Shown here: positions 1-10,270 of the stretch, one piece after another | Layout of the letters: each line of letters begins with the position of its first letter | How positions within the stretch are numbered: the first letter of the stretch is position 1 | DNA from: Mycoplasma todarodis | GTDB taxonomy: Bacteria; Bacillota_I; Bacilli_A; Mycoplasmatales; Metamycoplasmataceae | Assembly: GCF_965212735.1 (NCBI RefSeq) | Contig: NZ_CBDBYJ010000002.1 | Location: forward strand, 96,692 to 128,691 | Length of the DNA stretch: 32,000 nt | Direction of reading: 5' to 3' | The notes under the pieces: model-generated | Told to the model about the DNA's origin: nothing | What the model saw: the letters and a program-made list of their open reading frames with translations, nothing else | Databases searched by the model: none | Program-made: the position numbers and the translations under genes

Positions 1-2
1 GA

Positions 3-1277
3 ACAAAAATATCATTGGGTGCAGCTAGTGCACTAGTAGCGGTGGCAACACCAGTAGTTACAGCAGTTTCTTGTGGAAAAGAAGCAAAAACATCGAAGAA
101 AGAATCAAGGCACGTTAAAGGTATTGCAGCAACACCTGGGGTAGAAAGTGTTAATGCGAAAATCGATTTAGATAAAATTTTCAAAAAAGCTAAAAAGAAT
201 TCAACTGATTTGAATATTAAAAACAAATTAGTTAAAACAGCTGGACCTTTAAAATATTTTGATGCACAATCAGATAAATATGTTGATCCACTATACTACA
301 CAGTTGGAAGTGTTATCGAAGAATTAATGACATCAATGTCTAAAGATGCACCTAAAATAAAACCTATTTTAAATAAATTGAAGAAGGATAATGGACTTTA
401 CAATATTTCTAAAGATATCATCCAAGGAATTTTAGATAAAAAAATATTGAAATTATATAATCCGAGTTCTGATAGTAAATCTGCAGAACTTAAAAAAGCT
501 TCAATTAACGAAATTATAACTGCGCCAAGTGGACAAGGTGGATTATTAGGATTTGGTCTTGCGACAACAGCAATCCTACAAAGTCCATTAGCACTTATAA
601 ATGATGTAATTCAATCAGTTTGAAAAAACACAAAAGATGATCTTGAAAAAACAGGTATCACTGTTGGAGAAGTTGCTTCTTTATTAAGGCAAATTGATAA
701 ATCCAAAATTACAATTTCTTTAAAGAGTAACGGCAAAGAAATAAAATTACTTGACAAGAAACAAGTGAAAATACCTGATATGCTTTGAATAGTTTTCGGC
801 GAAGGTAATAACAACTCTTTAGCAAAAACATTAGATGTATTAATGCCTAATTTGGATGCAGTTCTACCAAAATTATTCGGTAAACTTCCTGAAGAACCAG
901 TTGGAAATTTAATTAGAAAATTATTATCAATGGAACCACTGGATACATCAAAACTTTCTAAAGCGGATAAAAAGAAATTAAAACCACAAGAAGATGCGAA
1001 ATCAATATATCAAACTTCAAATAAAAACCAACCAGGTTTAAGTGGTGGTATTGGTGGACTTATGGAATTATTCAAAGATGCCACTATAGGTAAAATTAAT
1101 GCCGCAATTGTAAGAATTGCAAGACACGATGTTTCACCAATAGATCCTAGATTAAAATTAGAGGCTAAGGATGTAGAAAAATTAATGAAACTACTTCCAA
1201 TACCAACTAAATATAAATCAATGCTTGGATTAACTCTTTCTATAATGGGTAGAGTAGCTGATCTTTACCAAGCTTAA
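3..1277 (+). CDS. Lipoprotein, 5'-truncated by the window edge
   Basis: Frame open from the window edge through UGA (Trp) codons to TAA at 1275. N-terminus TKISLGAASALVAVATPVVTAVSC-G is a signal peptide with lipobox Cys. Joins ORFs 15..623 and 843..1277. Confidence 0.8.
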
Positions 1278-1288
1278 TAATTAATAAA

Positions 1289-1309
1289 CAACCTTACGCG
1301 GTTGTTTTT
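1289..1309 (+). terminator. Rho-independent terminator
   Basis: CAACC-N6-GGTTG followed by TTTTTC. Confidence 0.6.
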
Positions 1310-1324
1310 CTTTATAATTGAAAC

Positions 1325-3067
1325 ATGGAAAAAATAGAAGAAAAAATAACATTTGCAAAACTTAAGAAATTACTAACTAGCCAACCATATTTTGTTTGAC
1401 ATTCAATCGATGATTTAGGATTCGATAAAAATGAAGATGACAATGATCAATTTACATTCCAAATACCTGGAATCATTGATATTATTGCTCCAACGATAAC
1501 TGAAGTTCAAACAAAAACATTCCACAGAGTTAACAGAGAATTCTTTGAATATGTTCGTTCTATGGGTAGAGCAGCTTGAACACCAAAAATGATGTCTATG
1601 GAAGAAAGAGCCGAAGAAACTAAAAAGATGATGAGGAACCCTGGTATAGATATAATCTTTGAACCAGTTTTCCAATATGGAGATGCTTTCTCTGTTCCAA
1701 CTCTTTATGATAAAAAACAGAAAAAGATTTCAAACTTAAAAATTTCTTCTTCTACTAAAAAGATAGACCTTATCAAACCATACTTCGATTATCAAATTGC
1801 TGATAAATGTAAAGTTCCAGTTAATGAAATTTCATACTTTGTTTTAGATACAAAGAAATATAAAGCTTTTGAAATAGGATTCTATGAAACTTTTAAAGTT
1901 AATACATCTTCAACTGCAAGAAATGATAAAAATGCAAAAGATCATAATGATTTTGTAACAATGCGTAAAAAGAAAACTGGTAATGGAGTTAATAAGAAAG
2001 GTGTTCACGATGAACCACATACAATATTTGATATTGTTGCTTGTGCAGTTCCGTTCGGACCTAAAAAGAACCCTATTATATTCGAAGGTATTGATTATTA
2101 CTTAAGATTGATTAGAGAAGCTAAAACTGCTGAATTCCAAAATGGTTTAACGGCAGAAGACAACGGAAGAATGGGTCCAAACCCAATGTCTTCAACAATA
2201 ATAGAATACTTACATCCTGAGTTCTTAGGATACAATGGTAAATTTGTTAAAAAGAAAGATATTCAAGAAGGTAAAACACTTGAACAAATAGCACAAGACA
2301 GTGTTCTTGTTGATGCACTATTGAATCGCTCTCTTTCAATCACCGATAGAGATGATGCAATGTCTTATGTAACTAAACTAGATAATTCAAGAGTTATTTG
2401 ATATGACTTTGAAGGATTCTCATTACCATTCCCAACTATTGATGGATTTAACCCATTCCAACAAGCTACATTCCAAGTTTCGATAATTGAAACAAATAAA
2501 ATGGAAGAAACTTCAGGGATAAACTACATCTTTGACCCTAAAACATTCTCTTACACAGACTTCCCTAAAATGATAGATATGATTTATTCTGGTGGAGCAG
2601 ATTACTATGTTGTGTTTAATGCTGGATATGAAAATCCAAGAATGTTAGAAATGGTTGCAACATTAAGAGATATGAATTACCCCGGTTGAACAGAAGTTCA
2701 AGATAAAGTTTATTGAATTATCGAAAGAACAGTTGACCTTGCAAAACCATTCGCGGCTGGTTCAAAAGATGGGTTACCAGTTATATTCATTCCAGAATTA
2801 AAAGGTAAACACTCAATTAAATTAATTGAGAAATACATCACAAAACATAAATATTGATTTAAAGATATGATCAAACCATATAAAGATTTAACTATTCAAA
2901 ATGGTGGTATGGCAATGGATGCAGCTATCCAAAGAGCTATCAATGTTATTGGTGATGAAGAATGAGAAGAAAAACAAATTGTATTAAAAGAGTATTGTGA
3001 AAATGATGTTCGTGCAATGATAATGGTTTACACATTAATAAAAGAATTATTGAAAACAACTAAGTAA
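1325..3067 (+). CDS. DUF2779 domain-containing protein (DnaQ/RNase H-like exonuclease motifs)
   Basis: Continuous under code 4. YDFEGF (DxE) near the middle and YCENDVRAM (YxxxD-type ExoIII) near the C-terminus. Start set by TATAAT-N6-ATG. Confidence 0.7.
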
Positions 3068-3077
3068 GTTGTTTTTT
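3055..3077 (+). terminator. Terminator with the stop codon in its loop
   Basis: AACAAC-TAAGTAA-GTTGTT then T-run. Confidence 0.6.
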
Positions 3078-3263
3078 TAATTACCTATATTAATTAGGTT
3101 ATATTATTGGTGTTTACTTCCTCAGAATGAACTTTATACATCTAATAAAAAAAGATAAATAAGTAACTTTAATGAAAAGAATATTTTTTTTACAAAAAAG
3201 TCATTTTTTTATATATAATAATAAAGCACTATATGAAAACCAACATATATGTGAAACAACTGT

Positions 3264-3340
3264 GGAGAAGTAGCTCAGCTTGGTAGAGCGCTACGTTTGG
3301 GACGTAGTGGTCGAAGGTTCAAATCCTTTCTTCTTCACCA
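3264..3340 (+). tRNA. tRNA-Pro(UGG)
   Basis: Cloverleaf: GGAGAAG/CTTCTTC acceptor, CTACG-TTTGGGA-CGTAG anticodon arm, encoded CCA. Confidence 0.95.
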
Positions 3341-3343
3341 TTT

Positions 3344-3420
3344 GGGGGGGTAGCTCACTTGGCTAGAGCACCTGCCTTGCACGCAGGGGGTAGTGGGTTC
3401 GATTCCCATCCTCTCCACCA
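3344..3420 (+). tRNA. tRNA-Ala(UGC)
   Basis: CCTGC-CTTGCAC-GCAGG anticodon arm, GGTTCGATT T-loop, encoded CCA. Confidence 0.95.
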
Positions 3421-3421
3421 T

Positions 3422-3498
3422 GTCACGGTAGCTCAGTTGGTTAGAGCATCCGGTTCATACCCGGAAGGTCGAGAGTTCGAATCTCTCTTGTGACACCA
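3422..3498 (+). tRNA. tRNA-Met(CAU), probably elongator
   Basis: TCCGG-TTCATAC-CCGGA anticodon arm, GTCACGG/TTGTGAC acceptor, CCA. The GGTTCATACC type is typical of Firmicute elongator Met. Confidence 0.88.
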
Positions 3499-3521
3499 AA
3501 TGGAATTATTCCGTCGTACGT

Positions 3522-3598
3522 GGACCTATAGCTCAGTTGGTTAGAGCACTCGGCTCATAACCGATCGGTCACAGGTTCGAGTCCTGTTGGGTCCACCA
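3522..3598 (+). tRNA. tRNA with CAU anticodon, probably tRNA-Ile2 (lysidine-modified)
   Basis: GGACCTA...CTCGG-CTCATAA-CCGAT...TGGGTCC-A-CCA. Resembles Firmicute Ile2 and has the conserved order Pro-Ala-Met-Ile2-Ser. Confidence 0.85.
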
Positions 3599-3601
3599 TA
3601 T

Positions 3602-3628
3602 CATCCTTAATAGAGGATGTTTTTTTTC
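3602..3628 (+). terminator. Terminator of the tRNA cluster
   Basis: CATCCT-TAATAG-AGGATG followed by T-run. Confidence 0.8.
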
Positions 3629-3684
3629 GCAAAAATTCACCACCATAAAAGAAGTGAACAATAATCATTTATAAAAAAGGCAAA

Positions 3685-3708
3685 GAAAAAACCAGGCTTT
3701 AGGCCTAG
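3685..3708 (-). terminator. Terminator of tRNA-Ser
   Basis: Minus strand CTAGGC-CTAAA-GCCTGG-TTTTTT. Confidence 0.7.
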
Positions 3709-3718
3709 TTCCTACAAA

Positions 3719-3811
3719 TGGCGGGCAAAGAGGGATTCGAACCCCCGCGGGCCGTGAAGCCCCTGCTGGTTTTCAAGACCAGTCCCTTCAGCCAGACTTG
3801 GGTATTTGCCC
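3719..3811 (-). tRNA. tRNA-Ser(UGA)
   Basis: Minus strand GGGCAAATACC...GGTCTTGAAAACC... with long variable arm, GGTTCGAATCC T-arm, acceptor GGGCAAA/TTTGCCC, G discriminator, CCA. Confidence 0.95.
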
Positions 3812-3953
3812 ATTTGTGAAGTGCCTTATTATTATAATATAAAAAAACATTTTTTTGCAAGAAATTCTTATAAATATTTTTTTAGGTAAAAGCACTTGGT
3901 TAATCATTGGTATTTATATTGTGTATAATTTAAAAAAATAACAAGGAGTATAT

Positions 3954-4271
3954 ATGTCATTACAAAGAGATAACAGAGCATTAATTAAATTTGAAGGAAG
4001 AATTGGTGGAGACACATATGAAACATCAACAGCTTTCCCAGGAGGAACATCAACAAGAGTATATCCATTAATCATTGGATCTAACTCATTCATCGGCGCA
4101 GGTAAAGATTTTACAACAGGTAAAGACTACAAAGGGTTTGAAGAACAATTAATAGGTATGGAAAAAGGGGAAACAAGAATTATTGAAGTTATTTTCCCAC
4201 AAAACTACCACGCAGCAGAGTTTGCAGGTAAAGTTGCATTCTTTAAAGTTGAACTAGATGATTTCTCATAA
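3954..4271 (+). CDS. Stand-alone trigger-factor-type FKBP peptidyl-prolyl isomerase domain
   Basis: LIKFEGRIGGDTYETS...LIIGSNSFI...GFEEQLIGMEKGETRIIEVIFPQNYHAAEFAGKVAFFKVELDDF matches the trigger factor PPIase core. SD AAGGAG upstream. Confidence 0.85.
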   Translation: MSLQRDNRALIKFEGRIGGDTYETSTAFPGGTSTRVYPLIIGSNSFIGAGKDFTTGKDYKGFEEQLIGMEKGETRIIEVIFPQNYHAAEFAGKVAFFKVELDDFS

Positions 4272-4273
4272 TT

Positions 4274-4292
4274 AGGTCTTAGACCTTTTTTT
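4274..4292 (+). terminator. Terminator
   Basis: AGGTC-TTA-GACCT followed by T-run. Confidence 0.7.
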
Positions 4293-4376
4293 ATTTGCTT
4301 TTTATATGTTAGGTTTTCATAACATAGAATAAAAAAACAAAAAAATGCACTGAAATAATAAAAAACATACTTTTTT

Positions 4377-4400
4377 GTGTAAAACACTGTGTAAAACACT
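4377..4400 (+). promoter_or_regulatory. Tandem palindromic operator candidate
   Basis: Perfect direct repeat GTGTAAAACACT x2. Each unit holds GTGT/ACAC arms. Ends 1 bp before TATAAT (4402..4407). Confidence 0.65.
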
Positions 4401-4401
4401 A

Positions 4402-4407
4402 TATAAT
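4402..4407 (+). promoter_or_regulatory. -10 TATAAT, 6 nt from ATG
   Basis: TATAAT-attttt-ATG. Confidence 0.7.
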
Positions 4408-4413
4408 ATTTTT

Positions 4414-4848
4414 ATGAACGCACAACAAACAAAACAAATAAGTAACGTATTTTTAACTTTTGAAACTAAAGTACAACAAGTACAACAACAAGAACTGAAA
4501 AAACGTGGTCTAAAGATTTCACATAGAGAATTAATTTACATCGTTTTCATCAAGAACAACGAAGGTAAAAGAATGTTAGAAATCGGTAAAAAAATGGGCT
4601 TAAGTAAAGGTGCATTTTCAAACACTGTAAAAACTCTAGTTGAAAAAAAATTAGTTAAAAAACAAAAAAATGCAGAAGATAAAAGAATCATGATGCTAAC
4701 GCTTGACGAAAAAGGCGAAGAAGCTTATGCAATACATGGTAAAGCAAGAAAAAGAATCACAAAATCAATTGGTAACATACTTACTGATCAAGAAAAAGAA
4801 GGATTTATAGCACTTTGTGACAAATTAGTCGCATCTTGAAAAGAATAA
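4414..4848 (+). CDS. MarR family transcriptional regulator
   Basis: wHTH sequence ISHRELIYIVFIKNNEGKRMLEIGKKMGLSKGAFSNTVKTLVEKKLVKKQKNAEDKRIMMLTLDEKG. Reads through UGA at 4837 to TAA. Confidence 0.88.
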
Positions 4849-4955
4849 CAATTATAGTTATCTTTTTTTATACCCTTTTTATTTGTGAAATATGTTAAAA
4901 TTATATTTGTAATATGGTTTCAACATAAAACCATTATTAATAAAAAGGGGTAAGG

Positions 4956-6563
4956 ATGAAGAATATGCCAGTGAAAAAGAAAGTCTCCATAATACTTTCG
5001 ATAATAACTGTTATTTTAGCTTTGGTAACATTGATGATAAGTATTGCTTTTATAGTTAGTGCTAAGAATACCATTAATGAACAAATGGAAAGTTACAGTG
5101 TAAATCAAAAAACAATTATGTGAATTGCAGATCTAGGAAAACCATTCTTTGGTAGTTCAACTGAATTTGCGATATCAGCCATAGCATTATCAATTATTGC
5201 TTTAATGGTTATATCAATAATATGATTAATTATTTTATTGAGAAAGAAGAAGAAATCTATTGCATTCAATGGTTCGAAAACAGTGGTGATTGCCTCATCA
5301 TTAACAGCTCTTGCTGCAGTAACAAGTCTTGGGGTTGCTTCATATGCAACAGCAGACTTTAATAAAAATACGGACATGACTAGAGTATCAACATACTTTG
5401 AAGCTAATGCAAATAAAATAGCGGAAAATAGAGAAGAAGCGGCGAAAGCGGGATTGTTATATGTTTTAGCTAACAAAAATGATTTATCCGCATTTTCAAA
5501 TGCATCTGCATTACAAATGTCTCTATCAACAACTGTATTTGCTTCAGTTAAAGCCGAAATCAAAAATAACAATACTAAGATTATTTCTGAAATAGAAAAA
5601 TTTTCTAAAAAGAATCCTGAATTATATGAACCAGTACTTGGTCAATTCAAAGGAAAATTAATTAAAGGTGATGCAACTAAATCTGTAGGTCAAAAATGAA
5701 TTGAGAATTTTGATCTAGGTAAGATGGCAACAACCTCAAATGGAACAACTATTCATGCTGCAAACATATTATTAAATAATGATGCATATATAGATTTAAT
5801 CTCTGGTGATTATCCAGCAATACAATCTTTAGTAAAAACAACATTTGATAATAATGAACCATTCGCAACAATACCTTTCAGCAGTTTCCCAGCTAAAGTT
5901 CAAAAAATAATTAAAGAAGCTGAATATTACAATACTACTGAACACCCAGGTGAATATGATACTGAGATATTTGAATGATCAACAAAGATTAGTGTGGAAT
6001 CAGCTAAATTCGAAAAACGTGTTCTTGGAACAATAGCCAAATTATTCAAGATGCCTTACACAACTAAAGAAGAACAAGTTAAAGCCAGAATCACAATTTT
6101 AGAATGATTAAATACAATCATCAATGGTATTGATTACATTTCTAAAGATGAAGTAATTAAAGTTCAACAAAATGTTAAGAATGTTTATGGTAAAAACATT
6201 TCAACAGCAGACACAATATACATGCCAACAACATCAACAAATGGTACATTTTCAATTGATAAGACTGAAGATAAAATTGTCGGTAAAGCAGGGGATAATG
6301 CTTACGATGTTAAATTAAATATGATGAAATACATCCTAAAAGAATTGCCAAAAGCTAAGGGTGGAATAATCGAAAAACTACTTGAGAGACAAAAAAATAT
6401 AACGCCTGATTCATTCATTGAAAACATCTTAACTTCAAAAGGTCTTGAAGAAATGACAAATCAATATGCAATGGAGAATTCTTACATTGATGATAAAAAC
6501 AATTATCAAGATGAAGAGAATATTATTAATATCGTAGACAAAATTGAAAATTTCATTAAATAA
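4956..6563 (+). CDS. Hypothetical membrane protein with 3 N-terminal hydrophobic segments
   Basis: Joins ORFs 5238..5699, 5724..5978 and 6222..6563 in one frame through UGA codons. SD-like AAGG upstream. Confidence 0.8.
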
Positions 6564-6569
6564 TAATCA

Positions 6570-6594
6570 AAACACTTTTTAAAGGTGTTTTTTT
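6570..6594 (+). terminator. Terminator
   Basis: AAACACTTT-TT-AAAGGTGTTT followed by T-run. Confidence 0.7.
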
Positions 6595-6617
6595 ATTGTT
6601 TCAAATTGAAATGTATG

Positions 6618-6623
6618 TATAAT
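6618..6623 (+). promoter_or_regulatory. -10 TATAAT, 7 nt from ATG
   Basis: TATAAT-ttataat-ATG. Confidence 0.6.
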
Positions 6624-6630
6624 TTATAAT

Positions 6631-7461
6631 ATGAAATTAGGAATAATAGTAGACTCTGCATCTGGTTTATCGGAAAAAGAAGCGAGAGCAAAAGGATGAG
6701 GTTATTTACCTCTACATATTTTTATGGATAATATTGATTATGCAGAAGGAAGAGACATTACTGCTCAAGATGTATATGACAAATTAACAATTGATACAGT
6801 AACAAGAACTTCATCTTCTTCATCAGCTGATATTCTTGAAGAATTTGAAAGAATGTCAAAAGAATACGATCACGTAATTTTCTATCCATTATCTTCAGGT
6901 CTTTCTGGACAATATTCAACAACATCAATGTTTGCTAAAGACTTTGACAATGTTCATGTTTTTGAATCACACTCACTTTCACTACAAGCTAAATGAAGTG
7001 CTGAGTATGCAGAAAAACTTGCATCTGAAGGTAAAACAATTGAAGAAATACTTCAAGCGTTAGAAGAAACAAAAGATAATGCATTTGCTATTATCGCACC
7101 TGGAACACTTGACTGATTAGTTAAAGGTGGAAGAGTTAAGCAAAATGTTGCTTCTATGGCTAATATGCTAAAGATTGTTCCAATGATTAAATTTGAACAT
7201 GGAGAATTAAATAAATACGGAAAAGGTAGAACTTACAACAAAACGATAATCAAAGCTATCAAAGGTGTTCAAGAGCACTTTGAAGGCGAAGAATATAAGT
7301 TACTTGTAATTCACACTTCTCACCCTGATTTAGATAAGCACGTAAAGGTTGCTGAAGAGCTAACTGGTAAAAAAGCGATAGTTATATCATTACCAACTGT
7401 AATTACAATGCACGTTGGTTTAAAAGCTATTGTAATTGCTGGTGTTAAAAACTTTGAATAA
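6631..7461 (+). CDS. DegV family (fatty-acid-binding) protein
   Basis: MKLGIIVDSASGLSEKEA..., ...FYPLSSGLSGQYSTTSMFAKDF..., KGGRVKQNVASMANMLKIVPMIKF..G...KYGKGRT. Confidence 0.88.
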
Positions 7462-7483
7462 GAATCCTTGATAGGATTTTTTA
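7462..7483 (+). terminator. Terminator
   Basis: AATCCT-TGAT-AGGATT followed by T-run. Confidence 0.7.
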
Positions 7484-7502
7484 TTTTGACAAAATAGGTA
7501 TT

Positions 7503-7532
7503 AAAAAAAGATAAGCGTTTTGCTTATCTTTT
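7503..7532 (-). terminator. Terminator, possibly bidirectional, for the convergent ppa gene
   Basis: AAAAGATAAGC-gttt-TGCTTATCTTTT. Confidence 0.65.
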
Positions 7533-7548
7533 AAAATGTGAATAACAA

Positions 7549-8100
7549 TTAAGCTACGTATTTTTCTGGGTGTTCTTTCATCATTTTAGCGATGAATTCT
7601 TTTTTATCCATTTTTCCGTATTTATTCATTAGTTCAACACATTCTTCATATTCTTCTTTTGCTCATTCTTTACCTTCAAAACCAGCAACTGAAGTAATAC
7701 CTTCACGTTTTCAGTTTTTGTAAGTAGAGAAGAATGTTTCAACTTCTTTTAATCATTCTTTTGGTAAGTCATCCATTGACTCAATGTTTGCAAGTCTGTA
7801 ATCGTCAGCGTGAACTGCAACAAGTTTTGTGTCAGTTTCTCCGTCATCGATCATTTTCATTGCACCAATAATTCTGGCGTTAACTTCAACACCTGCTTGG
7901 AATACTTCATCTGAGTAAACTAATACATCTAGTTCATCTCCATCTCAATCAAGAGCTTCTTCGATGAAACCGTAGTTAGCTGGATATGTGAATCCATCTC
8001 TTAAAATTCTATCTACGACAATTTTACCTTTCGATCTGTCGTATTCATATTTAATGTTTGATCCTTTTTGGATTTCTATAGTTACGTTTAAATTTTTCAT
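7549..8100 (-). CDS. ppa: Inorganic pyrophosphatase
   Basis: [85 protein letters not shown]. Readable only with UGA=Trp. Confidence 0.95.
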
Positions 8101-8106
8101 ACCAAT

Positions 8107-8112
8107 ATTATA
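8107..8112 (-). promoter_or_regulatory. -10 TATAAT, 6 nt from ppa ATG
   Basis: Minus strand TATAAT-attggt-ATG. Confidence 0.65.
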
Positions 8113-8174
8113 TATTGTTTTTAGTGGTTAAAATGCATGAAATTTATTGAAATAACTTAGAATTAATATATCGA

Positions 8175-8202
8175 TTAGCACCCTAGTATATAAGAGTGCT
8201 AA
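8175..8202 (+). promoter_or_regulatory. Degenerate CIRCE (HrcA operator)
   Basis: TTAGCACCC-N10-GAGTGCTAA upstream of hrcA. Spacer 1 nt longer and left arm degenerate relative to TTAGCACTC-N9-GAGTGCTAA. Confidence 0.8.
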
Positions 8203-8218
8203 AAAGAGCCCTTTCATA

Positions 8219-8224
8219 TATAAT
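8219..8224 (+). promoter_or_regulatory. -10 TATAAT, 6 nt from hrcA ATG
   Basis: TATAAT-aatatt-ATG. Confidence 0.65.
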
Positions 8225-8230
8225 AATATT

Positions 8231-9226
8231 ATGAATAATTTAACTAAAAGACAACAAGAATATCTACTCTTAATAACAAGAGAATATATATCAAGCGGTA
8301 ACCCAGTTGGTTCAGCTTCTTTAATAAAAGAATTTGCACTTGACGTATCACCAGCAACAGTACGTAACGAGATGGCAGCACTAGAGAAAAAAGGATACTT
8401 AGAAAAATGCCATACATCATCAGGAAGAATACCATCAGCAGAAGGATTTTTACTATATGCCAATCATTCTAAAAATACTGATGTATCTGTAGAAATACAA
8501 AAACAACTTAAAACAATATTTGCCAAAAGAACAATTGGTATTGATCAAGTTCTTGAAGAAGCTGCAGAAGCTATTTCAACAATCACTGATTTAACATTGG
8601 TTACAAAAACTGATGCAGCTGATGAATTATGTAAATCAATTCAATTTGTTCCTTTAAACGAACAAAACGCAACAATTGTTATTGTTACTTCAACTGGTAG
8701 AGTGGAATCAAAACTAGTATCTGTTAAGAATGGTGCTCAATTAGAAGATATACGTATTGCAGTTAGAGTCTTAAAAGATAGATTAGTAAATACTTCAATG
8801 AAGAATCTTGCAATTAAAACGGAAGCATTGACAGGTATTGTTTCAGAAGAAGTTAAAGATTTTGAATTTGTTATCCAAGAGATGGTTACAAAAGTATTCG
8901 ACTTCCATACAAAACAAACATCACATGTTTATGGAAGAACTAATATTATTAAAAAACCTGAATTTAAAGATAGAGAAAAACTTATTAATATTATGGAAAG
9001 ATTGGAAAGTAAATCAATTTGAGAAACTATTGAAGATCAAGCTGATAACGAAGATGAAACATTGAAAATTTCAATATTAGATAATCAAGCATTGATTTCT
9101 AAGAAAATTCAAATTGGAACAGGTTCTATGGAAATCTCTGTTGTCGGATCTGATAGAGTTGACTATGAAAAAGCGCTTCCAATCTTAAAACTACTAGATG
9201 ACCTAGTTAATGGAGGGAAAAAATAA
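8231..9226 (+). CDS. hrcA: Heat-inducible transcription repressor HrcA
   Basis: LTKRQQEYLLLITREYISSGNPVGSASLIKEFALDVSPATVRNEMAALEKKGYLEKCHTSSGRIPS. CIRCE upstream. Confidence 0.95.
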
Positions 9227-9750
9227 TGTCTACAACACAAGAAATTAAAACAAGCCCTGTAAATGACAGGAAGGGTATTGGGAGTTATGTTAAAAGAGAA
9301 CTTTCAAAATTAGAAAAATCTAAAAAGAAATCAAGAACATGATGAACAATTGTTACGTCATTAGTTGGACTTTGTAATATATCAATAGTTGTTATTGCTA
9401 TTTATGCTTTAATCGGAATTTCATTTAGAAAAGTTGGTGCTGATATCTTAGTTCCAGCTTCATTGGTTTGTTTAATTACAATCACATTATTCTTTATGGG
9501 ATTTGTTCTTGCTTTATATCAAAACTTCAAACAAGATCATAAGTACAAAAAAGCAATCGACACTATTCAAAATGAATATATGAAATATAAAAGTTCTTCA
9601 TACATTTATAAAGGTAAAAGCGAAAAAGAACAAACTGAGCTTTTAAGAAGTCAAATCCAAGAAGATTTAATAAATATATTTAAGGTTAAAAAGAAACCAA
9701 GTGTTTCAAAAATTATTGTTAAAACATTGATTGGAGATAAAGATGAGTAA
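9226..9750 (+). CDS. Small 2-TM membrane protein with basic cytosolic tail
   Basis: ATG overlaps the hrcA TAA (TAATG). Two hydrophobic segments, then YQNFKQDHKYKKAIDTIQNEYMKYKS. Confidence 0.8.
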
Positions 9751-10270
9751 AAAAATAAGAAAAAGTATTTATCATCTTCACGATACACCAATGGAATATG
9801 TTGAAGCGCGTAGAAAACACTCTAAAAGAGATTTAATAATTTTTAGACAATTATTTATTTGATTGAATGTTGCGATTGCTATAGCCGCTGCAACAATGGC
9901 GATACTAACAGCATTAATATTCTCACTATTATTATTTGGTGGAAAAAAACCTGCATGATTCTTCTTTATGGTTACTGGAGTTTCCGCAACTACAACAATG
10001 CTAACTTCATTCATTAACTTCTTTGTTATTAAAGGTAGATACCAAGAAGCTATGAAAATCAATCAACGTATTAGAGGACAAATTACTCTATATATTAATA
10101 AAGCTGGATTCTATTCAGAAGATTCTGAAAATAGAGAAATAACTCTTTACACAAGAGTCGCACAAATTTGTGGAAATTACGATGCTATTGGCGAAACAGA
10201 TGATAACGTCAAAGAAGTAGAAGAATTAATTAAGGAAACACGTAAAAGGAGTAAAAATGCAAAAAAATAA
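9743..10270 (+). CDS. Small 2-TM membrane protein (SLATT/DUF4231-like)
   Basis: Overlaps previous gene by 8 nt. YVEARRKHSKRDLIIFRQLFIWLNVAIAIAAATMAILTALIF...TSFINFFVIKGRYQEAMKINQRIRGQ. Confidence 0.78.

Noticed and set aside
2399-2401. UGA as selenocysteine or programmed frameshift site
   Set aside because: UGA occurs many times in nearly every gene without SECIS-like structures or slippery sites. Code 4 is the simpler explanation.
3264-3598. Tandem similar ~77-nt units as a repeat array or CRISPR
   Set aside because: They fold as distinct tRNAs with different anticodons and acceptor stems.
4377-4400. Start of a CRISPR-like array
   Set aside because: Only two contiguous 12-bp units with no spacers. 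Better explained as an operator.
5105-5572. Minus-strand ORFs antisense to coding genes (also 8128..8463, 11414..11932, 14912..15196, 19879..20115, 28178..28594)
   Set aside because: Antisense shadows of well-supported genes. They have no RBS or promoter and no recognisable domain.
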